Positions 1 to 10,586 of a stretch of DNA of 64,000 bases are shown piece after piece. The stretch comes from Mytilus californianus. Lineage: Eukaryota. The notes beneath the pieces are model-generated. The model was not told the origin of the DNA, searched no databases, and saw only the letters and a list, made by a program, of their open reading frames with translations. The stretch covers positions 59,768,001 to 59,832,000 of the forward strand of contig NW_026262690.1 in NCBI RefSeq assembly GCF_021869535.1, in the 5' to 3' direction. Positions within the stretch are counted from its first letter, which is position 1. The number at the start of each line of letters is the position of its first letter. The position numbers and the translations under genes were made by a program.

Positions 1-3000
1 GGTGTCATTCAAGCTGTCACTTTGTGCCATCCGTACCTAAAGTGGTGAAACTAAGTGCAGTCTTTATTACACTACCGATAAATATATATATATCTACTTA
101 TAGGACTCGAATGTGCAGTGCGCTGGTCACGCTGACGTGCGATGGTCTATATGACACGTGATGACTAGTTTAAAATCTACAGATGTGCAATTATTATGAA
201 AATAATATTTTTTTTATTAATTAGTATATACGCATATGTTCAACAATGACTACCTGATTTGCACTCATGTCTGCAGGTACTAATTCTGTGTCTGACGATG
301 GCCAGTATTCCTTGGGAAAGTCATAAACGCTAGGATTTGGTGCTGGCCGTTTACCTTAATCAACGGTAAAAACAAAACATTCGATTTTAGTCAAATAGTA
401 CATAAATGAATTCAAAAATCATAAATCGCCACAAACCAAAAATTTTCTTATAAAAACCCCATTAATATAAAATAAGGAGATGTGGTATGATTGACAATGA
501 TACAAATATCCACAAATTTCCAAAAGGCTATGGTTGTAAGCATTTATAGGTCTACAGTAAGCAAACCCATACGGTTTAGTAAGATATAGCAGGCCCCAAC
601 ATAACACAATGTGAAACAATTCAAACGAGAAAACCAACGGCCTGGTTTTTGCTAAAACGATAAACAGTAACAAACAACAACCACTGATTTACAGACTCCT
701 GAAAATATAAGTACATTGTGTCGACAGCGTGTAGGACCATAAGTGTTCATAATTGTATATAAATACAAATTAAGTTATGTTTTAATTAATTGAAAAAAAA
801 AAATCAATCTTAGTATGTATGAAGCCAATATTCAAAGATTTAACTGCAATGTTGGATTGATAACCTTTAGAAAAGGTTTATTCAAAGGATCGATAAGTTT
901 GCATGGATCATATCTGATAATATGGGCTCCAAAAGTAACATAACCGTAAAAATTAGGATGTGATACCCCGTTTGTAATAAGGTTTCTACAGGTACTAGGT
1001 ACTGCCAAACTCTCAAACTAAATCTTTGTATCTTCGAAAGCAAAATCGTACAGAAAAAAATAGCAAAGCATGTTTGTCCTATTTGAAAGCAAATATGTAT
1101 CCCCCTAAAATATCCGACACAGTATTATAATAACAAGAGTATAATTATACACTATCAAGAAGTATAAAAATCCCCCAAAAGAGAAAGATTTGAAGGAACA
1201 TTTATTTAACTTGTTGGCTTTTTATATAATATTACAATCAAAAGTTGTATATCTTTTTATTTGTGTACCCCTGAGGTCTACCTAGAATACGAAGTTGACA
1301 ATTTATTATTATCCCCTCCATTCCTTTTCGTTTTATTAAATATCTCATCGATTTTGTCACTCCTTCAGACTTATAGAAACAAGAAAACAACATGTTATAT
1401 TCACTTTTCTTTCTTTTCCTACAATCATGTTAGTAAATCTGTATAATCTTTAAGTCAATGCACCCAACAGTTTCCCCGCTGTTTTGTCGATTTTGACAAG
1501 ATTTTTCACTCATATAAAAAGCTTCGACACAGCTATGGCAGCATATTTAGTTTAGTTCAAAATGAATATGAAAATATAAAATTTGAAGGTAAGCGTCGAT
1601 GGAATAACAGCCAATCAATATCTTTCCAAACATGTGCATCTAGAGGTCGTCAAATGACCATCAACCCTCAACGACCAACAAATGACATGCAATATGTGCA
1701 TCGACATTTAAGACTGAATAAGGTTGACACTAATAAAGACATGAACGTAAAACTGAAGATATTAAATTCTCACACGAACCCCATTCTAAATCGTGTTCGT
1801 CCGTATGTGCCTTCCATAAGATCCTATATTGTCGTAAAAGATATTTTGCCGTATCTTATTGATAATGTTCTTCGTATTTGTGTCTGCAACCATATAACAT
1901 GTACATGTATGCTACAAAAAATCCTTAAAAATATGTCAATAAAGGCATTCTTGATTTTCTGTTGTTTAAAACTTCTATATACCTTTTCTCTCTGTTGCTT
2001 TTGGTAAGGATTCGTGTTGAATAATATTGGTAGGAAGCATTTTCTCTGGTAAAGGGAGAACTTCCTTATTTGTAGACACAGACTGTAAAAATCTTATTTT
2101 TTCATCACTCTGGGTATCAGTTTTTGTCATCTTTCAAGTACCTTTCTGGATATTAACCCTAAATGAAAATAGTATTTCTACATGCTTAGATACCATCCCT
2201 CTCACACCTCAGAATCTCAGAACCGCTCCTCTTAAATCTTTTTTTTTTATGTAGGTCCCCCATTTCAGCTCCATTTCACTGGATTACTATATCAAACCAA
2301 CAACAGATCGAGACTTTTACATTTTTTTGGTAAAAAATAAAAAATCAAATTTATATCCAGCAAATAATTGTTCCAGTATGAAAAGAGTCAAACATTTTAT
2401 TGGTTAGTAGACCATTAGATCGACATTATATAACTGCAGTTATCCCGGTAGGGCTGACCAATATCTTCTACGTTCAACGAGGCGTTTCTCTAGAAAAAAA
2501 TTAAAACTCTTTAATATCATGATCTAACAATGCATCAACTTCCATTCCATGTATATATTATAATCCATGTAGAAGAAGTTACTATGAATAGGTAAGTGCT
2601 TGACAGGGCCATACATTTCTAATCCCAAAAGGCATGTCTTTGAGAAAAAGTCAATGGACTGGAGCATCCTATACCCACATGCACATCTGTATCTTAGGAT
2701 ATTATAATTTAGCAAAATGCGTGAAGATACAATCAAACATTTAGGAGGAGTTGAGATAACAAGATCGGTGCTGGACAGGGCAAAAATGTCTATGGTGAAA
2801 GCACGGTGAAAGGGGCGAATTTTCGATAAACTATACAGCATAAAAATCATGCACATGGTGATGTTTGTATATCATGATCTATCATTTTACAAAGTCTGAA
2901 CTGAATCAAATAAACGATAAAGATAGGAGTAGGACCGGACAGACAGATTTTTTTTTATATATACCCCTCCCCCCCCCCCCCCAAAAAAAAAATGTTTACG

Positions 3001-3224
3001 GGGCTATAGAAACCGTAAATATAGTCCTCTTACCTTTCTTTACGTTCAGTGACGTTTTTTTATTAACCACGTCATAAAAATCGAACTTATGTATGACATA
3101 TTACCGCCAACATGACGCCTTCAATTTACTAGTCAAATGCTTAATTTTTATACAGATATTCAGTTCTAGTTAAAGTCGTTTAAATTTTGACACATTTGTA
3201 AAAAAAAATTCCAAGCTTTTTGTT

Positions 3225-3295
3225 AGCAAATGTAATAGATGATGTACTCGATAGCAAATGTAATAGATGATGTACTCGATAGCAAATGTAATAGT
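3225..3295. repeat. 28-bp tandem repeat, about 2.5 copies
   Basis: tagcaaatgtaatagatgatgtactcga repeated. Confidence 0.9.
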
Positions 3296-5516
3296 TGGTG
3301 TACATGTTTCAAAAAATATTGTCAAAAAGAGCAGCTTCGATTTTTGTTCGAGCCTTTGGTCCGTGTTCGTTTTGACTTTGCGATAAAACTCAGCAATAAC
3401 AGCAATGTTCCTTTGCCTTGATCTAGTGCGTTTAGGGATTTTATAGCATGAATCAATATACCATGTCCTTTCATTTCCATTACATTAAGTTTTTTTTCTT
3501 GTGCTGTGTGGGTGCCGTACAAAATTTCCTCGTGCATGCTTGAGATGTATTCTCTTATGTTTTTACAGTTCTATAGAGAGATTACTTCTCTTACTGTGTA
3601 CTACTTCATTTTCTCTATTTCGGTCAGTTTGCTTTTCGATAATGTTATGAAATCCACTGGAATTATTTGCCCTTTTCATAGAAGTTATCTTACATATCTA
3701 CATTTTGAAAATGTACACGTGGTTGTCTAAATGTGCATGTTTCTGTGTCATTTGGTCTCTTGTGGAGAGTTGTCTCATTGGCAATCATACCACATCTTCT
3801 CATTTTTATATTTGTATTCTGTATTTTGCAGTGATGTCGGGCATTTGATTTATTGCAGTATATTTATTAGATTTCTTAGATCGATATAGTTTATAATGTT
3901 TTTGGTATTACTATGAAGTTGTGACCTTCAATACACAGTTGTATCGTGGTAGACATAGAGAGAAAAAATTATATGTGCAAACCATTTCTTGAACATGCAG
4001 TGAAGTGAGAGCTTTTACTCTGTTTTGACCATCTCATTGTGACTTTGAGATGAAGAGCAACAATAAAATCATTTTCCCATTGCTTTTGGTTTGTCTGGCT
4101 CGTGTAGTGTTTTTCCATTAGCTTCGGTACATAAATATATCTATAAGTTTTCAAAATGAAAGCAAAAATTGCAAATCCTGGAAAATAGGAATATTACTCC
4201 AAAACGCGTTGACAGATTTCTCTTCATTTTTCAGAGTATACAACTCTTCTCGTGCTGACTATTTTTGAAATTTAAACTTTTTATCCTAGCTTCTACAGTT
4301 TTTACAGTAAAAACTATGAAAATTGGTAAAAACTTACATTTCAGGGACAATAACTCCACAAAGGTTCCAGATTTTTCTGATATTTTTTGGCTAGATAAAA
4401 CTTGCCATGTTGTTCATTTTTGCAAACTAAACTTTTAACCTAGCTCCTAAAGGTTTCTAAACAATAGTCAAAAACGCCTAAAAAGGTTAAAATCAACATT
4501 TCAGGGGCAAAAACTCCAAACAGTTACACAGATTTTTAAAAAATGTTCAAGGTAGATAAAGTTTGTTGTACGAACCATTTTTACTCCCTTAGTTTTACTC
4601 TTATTATTATAGTTTTTTTTTGTAGACATAAGCCACACACGACAGTTTGACCCCTATGTTCTAATTTTAGCCACGGTCGCAATGTTGGTTAATCAACCTG
4701 GACACAAACTTCTGTATAGCCATCTTATAGATGAAGTAGACAAACTTTGATTCCATTCCATTGAGCGGTTTGAGAAGGGGTCACTTTTTATTGGGTGGTT
4801 AAAGAACGACCACGAACGACGGATAACAGAATGGCGGACAACGGACGCAAAGTGATGACAAAAGCTCACATGGTCCTTTGGTTCAGATGAACTAAAACAG
4901 AGACGGGTTCATCGTATTCAAGTTTTAAAAAATCCGAAAATCTTTACACACAGAATAGTGCTTACTTCATACATGTCCTTTTTCATATGGTTATACCGCC
5001 AATTAAAAAGATTATAATATTTGGATCAGGAAAATAAATTAATCTAAAGCAGAAAAACGATAAATGAACAAATTAGTATTATATAGAGAATAATACATAG
5101 TAAAATCCGCATCACATGCTGTATCAGCCCGAGTAACCAATATCAGCCAGAGGACCGAAGGCGAAGATATAAAGATGAAAAACTGGTTATACTCCGTTAA
5201 ATGTACACATGCTTGTAATGATTCAGGAATCCTGTCAGTGGTTGTTTTAATTTAAAATCTTAATGATTATGTGTTTGTCTATTAGGGAATTTGGTATTGA
5301 TGACAGATGTTTTAGTATCTCTGTTTTCTCAAGAGTACGAATTACGTTTAGGAAATAATGTGATTTTTCAGAATTTGTAAAAGAGAATCAAATTGGATGT
5401 TTCTTTAAAAAAAACAATAAAACGTATAGTAGAAGTATATATATAATTTTCAAATGTAACGATTTAGATTAAATATTGGTAATATACTATACATGAAACA
5501 TTAGTGTAAATTAAGT

Positions 5517-7571
5517 TCAGAACCCGTATTCACCCGTAAGATCGTAGTCATAATCATATATATCCTCATCATACTCAAAATCGTTCTCCGAGTCACGATC
5601 CGAAGGAGAGGTTCCACTATCTTCGGTTTCTGGTTCGGACAGTTTCATTGTTACATGAAGAGCGTTTGCATAGCATTCGTCGTATTTATCGAATAATTCA
5701 AGTCCGTTTAAATCTTGACTTGATAAACATCCAGCCGCAACTAACGATAAGTTATCTATTGGTGGAGGAACGTGAACGATCGGGTGAGGAAACGTTTCAT
5801 TTATTTCGTACATTGAGGTTGTAAATGGTGCATCGTTTTCTAAAACAAATATCCCATTGTTTGTTGCCACGTGTAGATGGAAGCCATATGCGTCTGCATA
5901 TTTGGTTAACTCTAAAGATGGAACTTTTCTTAACGATGTAATCCATTTGTATCTTACTTCGTCAAGAACAAGTGCCGGTTTACCAGGGTGGTAAATTAAA
6001 ACTGTCTCGTCTCTTACACACAAAGTGAATGGAGATGAAAAATCATCATAAGAAATTTCCGGAGGAGATATTTCCCAGGAATTAAAAATTCTATTTTTAG
6101 AATCAAACATAACGAAGCCAATAGATTTCTTGATACAGAATTCTTCCGATGGACCAGTTCTATGTCTAAACCAAAGAAATATGAATCGATCATTCTTAAC
6201 AACAGCTCTGGCTAGACTTATAAAACGAGCACCAGGAATCTGAAAACATTTATACTGCTGATTAGTTGTATTACACATGAATATATTTCCTGTTCCTTCT
6301 CTGTTGCCAACAATGTATATGTGGTGATTACATGCCACAATAGCTGGAGGGACGGATCTGTAGTTCGTTAATGTAGTCCGGTAGCTAGGGTTGTAGAAAT
6401 CGGTAGTACGAAAAGAATAGAGGACGGGAGCTCCTTTCAGCATGTCGATCATCAGTATGTTTATCTTCAACATATCAGTGGGGTACGGAAAACTAGAACA
6501 TAAATACATATATAAGCAACTTCTGTAAGATACAAGACTACACACGGTCTGTCTTGTTGGAATTAAATGTGATAATTTCTCTCCCGGTATAGGGAAACTG
6601 TACCATTTTCTGTCAAAAATACTGTAAACAAGCATCTTAATATATTTCATACCTTGATTACAGACTACACTATATAATACTGGTTTTGGATCTTCCTGCA
6701 TTCCAAACGAACCGTGCATGACATTGTCTCGCACCTGAGATAGAAGAACATACCCTTTGGCCTTGCGATTGACGTCCGTAAGTGAAGATTGCATAGATAT
6801 TTCACTTTTATAGAAATCCATGCAACCGAAGGACAGCATAGTACTCGGTGTGTCTGTCGAATCACATACCCAAAGTTTGATGCAAGCGCTCAAGTCTTCA
6901 TGAAAATCTATTCGCGAAGCTCGATCGAAGTCGACCCATTTTTGTATAAGTTTCTTGAGGTCAGAATAATTGGAATGGATCACGTTTCTTGGATCCTCCA
7001 GTAGCTGAAAAAAATACTGTGGCGGTAATTCTATGATATCATGGTGAAAAATTAGATAGTCATGAAAGCGTGACTCAATCATCTTCTGACAGGCATTACA
7101 AACATCAAGTAAATTATGTGTTTCAGTTAAGAACCTGACACGGAGACAATTGGACAAGTCCAAATTACCTAAGTCGATGTAGAATTGTCTGCAGTATTCC
7201 TTCACATCATCCAGAAGAAGAAAGTCTGAAATTCTTAATACCGCTTCTACATTCTCTATGCAGATTGTTAACGAACCAGTATACATGTAATCTAAAACCA
7301 AACCAAACACTTCGTCATCGTCTAATACAAGAGATTCCGTCAGATCAATTTCCTCTAGAGACTTTTCTCTCATCTCGCATGTAAACATTGAAAGAAAATA
7401 TGGACTCCATAATCCAAGAATTGAACGATGAGCACTGAATTTCTTCCCGTTGATTATCAATGTAATGTCGCATAGCTCTCCTGTCTGTCGCTGCCTCAAC
7501 AATGGGCGAATAATAAAGTCATGAACATTTTTGGAAAATTGTTTCTTCTCTGCTTTCATATAACGCGACAT
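5517..7571 (-). CDS. Intronless BTB/POZ-BACK domain protein with divergent kelch-like C-terminal region (KLHL/KBTBD-like), 684 aa
   Basis: Long uninterrupted ORF. BTB motif LCDITLIINGKKFSAHRSILGLWSPYFLSMF...LDYMYTGSL, followed by a BACK-like segment (LSNCLRVRFLTETHNL...LIQKWVDFD). The C-terminal half is rich in predicted beta-strands and ends in an acidic tail. Confidence 0.9.
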   Translation of the reverse strand: MSRYMKAEKKQFSKNVHDFIIRPLLRQRQTGELCDITLIINGKKFSAHRSILGLWSPYFLSMFTCEMREKSLEEIDLTESLVLDDDEVFGLVLDYMYTGSLTICIENVEAVLRISDFLLLDDVKEYCRQFYIDLGNLDLSNCLRVRFLTETHNLLDVCNACQKMIESRFHDYLIFHHDIIELPPQYFFQLLEDPRNVIHSNYSDLKKLIQKWVDFDRASRIDFHEDLSACIKLWVCDSTDTPSTMLSFGCMDFYKSEISMQSSLTDVNRKAKGYVLLSQVRDNVMHGSFGMQEDPKPVLYSVVCNQGMKYIKMLVYSIFDRKWYSFPIPGEKLSHLIPTRQTVCSLVSYRSCLYMYLCSSFPYPTDMLKINILMIDMLKGAPVLYSFRTTDFYNPSYRTTLTNYRSVPPAIVACNHHIYIVGNREGTGNIFMCNTTNQQYKCFQIPGARFISLARAVVKNDRFIFLWFRHRTGPSEEFCIKKSIGFVMFDSKNRIFNSWEISPPEISYDDFSSPFTLCVRDETVLIYHPGKPALVLDEVRYKWITSLRKVPSLELTKYADAYGFHLHVATNNGIFVLENDAPFTTSMYEINETFPHPIVHVPPPIDNLSLVAAGCLSSQDLNGLELFDKYDECYANALHVTMKLSEPETEDSGTSPSDRDSENDFEYDEDIYDYDYDLTGEYGF

Positions 7572-7624
7572 TATTTACTGTTACAAATACACATGGTTAG
7601 CATAATCAATACAAAATTCCATTT

Positions 7625-7735
7625 ACTATTTCAAATGGCGGCTGTTATGAATAAATTATTGGAATCGTGAACAGATCAATAGAGGCGTACTATAGATGTG
7701 TGGTAATCGATCATTCTGCGAGAATTTGGTAAAGC
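7625..7735 (+). promoter_or_regulatory. Candidate promoter/first-exon region with YY1-type motif between the BTB gene and PRORP
   Basis: tcaaATGGCGGC near 7632-7643, local CpG enrichment, and possible donors (TG|gtaatc, TG|gtaaag). Confidence 0.3.
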
Positions 7736-9408
7736 TGCAGATAATGCATGTGAAAACAGAGAATATGTCTCTCAATCAGGAACAATATAGATTTTAATGC
7801 TTCTGATTACTGTCGGGGTTTAATTACTTCGTATAATTTTTTTCACATTTGTTTGCACTTTGCGCGTAATTCTAAAAGACGTTATTAAAAAAAAAACCCT
7901 CACAAAAATATAGCCAACTTCAAGAAAAGCTATTTCCAAGACCTTTGAATTTTGTTTCATTCAAAGATATTCAAATTTGTATTCGTTAAAAGCACTGCTT
8001 ATATACACTTGACGTCTCAAACTAAAAGAACGGTTAAATTCATAATTTTTTTAAGTAGCAAATATAGATATTTGTATGGAGAAAGAATATGGGAATTATA
8101 GAATACTGTTATTATTACGAAGCTAGAAATTGTCCATTTAATCTAATGGACTTTATGTTACAGGTTGTCTTTTGTTTTTTTCTTGTCTTTGAGTACGTCT
8201 CATTTACTTACACCAACAAGTTGATTTTATTCATTTTAAGGACATCGATGCCGCTTTTGGTAGAATTCTTTCATTTTGCATACCTGTTAAATATAAAATC
8301 AAAGCACCAACCATTCGTCTTTTTTTGGGGGGGGGGGGGGGGGGGTGGGGGATTAAGAAATTGTTTTATTCCAAATTTCTTGAAATCTGTTTAGAAGGAA
8401 GGGAAAAAATGATTTGTTTCCATTGAAAATTAGGGAAAAGGTATATGAAAAGCACTGTTATCAATGATACAATTCCGGTGCATGGAATGCGAATAATTAA
8501 ATACTATAATTGAGGTTTTAAAGAATAATATTGCAGCTCTGAATCAAAATCTTTAATTCATATGAATATGCTTAGATGTAATGGTTATATCAATTGGGTA
8601 TATGATTTTAGTAATTTGAAACAGGTGTAATTAAGACCTTTGATAAACCTAAATGCCATTGAAAACTATATACAAAAAGCAACCCAACCCGACACCAGAT
8701 ATGGAAATACTATTCAAAATATCTGAAGAATAAAAATAACAAATTATGGGTGCAATAAAGAATCAGGAGAACTTTGGTAAATACATTGAAAGGTTAATCA
8801 GAGAATAATAATTTTAAGGAGATATCTATGCACTGGTGGTGGCAAAAAGTTGTGGTTTTTTTTAAACTACAATGTTTTTTTTTCAAAGTCATCAACTTCC
8901 CGATCAAAAATGATGTTACAGGAGAATAATAACATTGTTTTCAAAGAATGAGGAAGTTGCACAAGTGTTTAATACATGTTTTATAAACGTTGCCAACGAT
9001 ATTGGCTAAAAATTATAATTTTTATGCGAGTAATCGAGAAACTTTCTTTAGTTTTAATAAACCCACAAATTAAGCGAAGAAAATGTATGGTATGAAAAAA
9101 TATTGATAAATTTTATTTAAAAAAATCAATTGTTATTGACAAGATATCTAAAATTGATAAAATATGGTAAACCATCACTAGTACCACCAATTACAAAACT
9201 GATCAACATGCATATTGAATGATATATTTTCCAGGTAGGTTTAAGGAAGCATAAAAATGAGTAATCCTTTCCTGAAAATAGAAAGGATCGTGGATGCCAA
9301 ACTACTTTATTGAAGATTTGAAGATTGCTTCACACTCCATTGAATATTTGGCTGCTATTCTTATATGGACCCACCTTCAATTGTTTCACCCATAATAATA
9401 TGAAATGT

Positions 9409-9514
9409 CAATCTAATTAAAATTAAATCTCCGCACTTGCTCCTCGTTGTTTATATGTCGCGCGACATATAAACAACGAGGAGCAAGTGCGGAGATTTAA
9501 TTTTAATTAGATTG
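9409..9514. mobile_element. 106-bp perfect palindromic MITE with 9-bp TSD (Mutator/foldback-like)
   Basis: Perfect self-complementarity centred on 9461/9462 (tgtcgc|gcgaca). Direct repeat atgaaatgt at 9400-9408 and 9515-9523. Confidence 0.85.
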
Positions 9515-9582
9515 ATGAAATGTCTTCCTCGGTCTATCTGATCATTGAATGTCACCATGCTTTCGATTATATACTTTGTGAT

Positions 9583-10031
9583 CAGGGGTCGAATTTAAGC
9601 TTTGTTGTGTACTGACCAGCCGGACCAGTGGACTGAAAAATCTACTGGTCCGGCTCCAAATCTACTGGTCCTGCAAAAATCGACTTGGGTTACCAACTGC
9701 TAGAAAAGAACTTTTGATTATGCCTTTGTTACAAGTCCGAACATAAATAATTTCTTCCTCAAGAATTCCACTATCAGTAGAACCATCACAAATAATTGAA
9801 ATAAATTTACTTTCATTTATATAATGTACATTTTTTTGACGTTCCACTTTTGCAATGAAATTAACAAAAATTACAAAAGTTTCTTGTCATTCCGGTATGT
9901 CTGTCCATTATCTACACCTTTCATCTCGTCAAGTTCACACATCTAAAGAAAATCTGTGAATGGGCGTCTATTCTTAGCAATAGCATGTACATTTCTAAAT
10001 ATGTTCACCAACCTTTTGAAAATGTTTTGAT
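9583..10031 (-). mobile_element. Internally deleted hAT-family DNA transposon (ZNF862-like transposase fragment)
   Basis: Minus-strand peptides FRNVHAIAKNRRPFTDF*MCELDEMKG and SIICDGSTDSGILEEEIIYVR (first catalytic Asp of the hAT DDE). CAGGGG-type terminus at 9583. Confidence 0.7.
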
Positions 10032-10035
10032 TTAA

Positions 10036-10235
10036 GGTTCATCATAACAAATGGAGAAAAATGGCTGTATTTACAACTAAAAAACTACTCTGAGTACATA
10101 CTAACCTGTCCAGTCTGTAAAGTTTTAAGGCCTGGCATCCACTAGATATATAAAAGTTAAATGCATTTTGGAGTTTCAGAAAGATAAATTTTTTTGGGAT
10201 TTTGATGGGCATTTTTTTTTCGTTCCTGCATAAAA
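10036..10235. mobile_element. Solo arm of the TTAA-targeting MITE that is intact at 54429-55022
   Basis: ttaa|ggttcatcataacaaatgg... is homologous to the left TIR at 54429. The second arm is missing. Confidence 0.8.
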
Positions 10236-10586
10236 ATATGCGTATCAATATTAGCTTGGAAGGTATCCAAAAAGGTGCCCCACAAGGCCTCATTTAGGGA
10301 GCTTTACTTTTAAAATGTTTTATACACAATATATTGTACTTCTTCATTGAAATGGGATGTCCTTATAATTAGACAGGTGACAACACTCTATCAAAAGTAC
10401 TCAAACCAGAGACATATATACACATGTGTATATATGTCTCTATTCAAACAGAGTGTTAGTTTTTAATTGATTAGTTTCATTTAAACAGTATGTATGTGAA
10501 TCCTGAAAAGTATAAGGTATATTTACTGTTGCAAAAAGGTCTGCTGAACAACCCCTTGTTTTTACTATTGATTGTGTCATAGACAT

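Larger units (their letters stand above)
8440..10400 (+). mobile_element. Old, heavily decayed CR1/L2-group LINE ORF2 remnant, interrupted by younger insertions
   Basis: Degenerate RT-region peptides: KNEEVAQVFNTCFINVANDIG (about 8950-9005), RKDRGCQTTLL (about 9280-9310), and KGAPQG...GDNTLS (about 10270-10395; compare GVPQGS...YADDNTLS). Confidence 0.65.

Noticed and set aside
110-175. CRE-like and E-box motifs in a small CpG-rich patch as a promoter
   Set aside because: No associated exon or gene is visible in the window, and such short motifs are expected by chance.
1440-2520. Possible decayed transposase or gene (117-aa ORF at 1654-2007; GETVGCIDL-like peptide on the minus strand)
   Set aside because: No recognisable motif run and no splice support. 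The similarity is too weak to call.
5517-5620. Functional link between the BTB protein's acidic Tyr-rich tail (sulfation-like motif) and the neighbouring PAPS transporter
   Set aside because: Tyrosine sulfation occurs in the Golgi lumen, and the BTB protein has no signal peptide or transmembrane segment.
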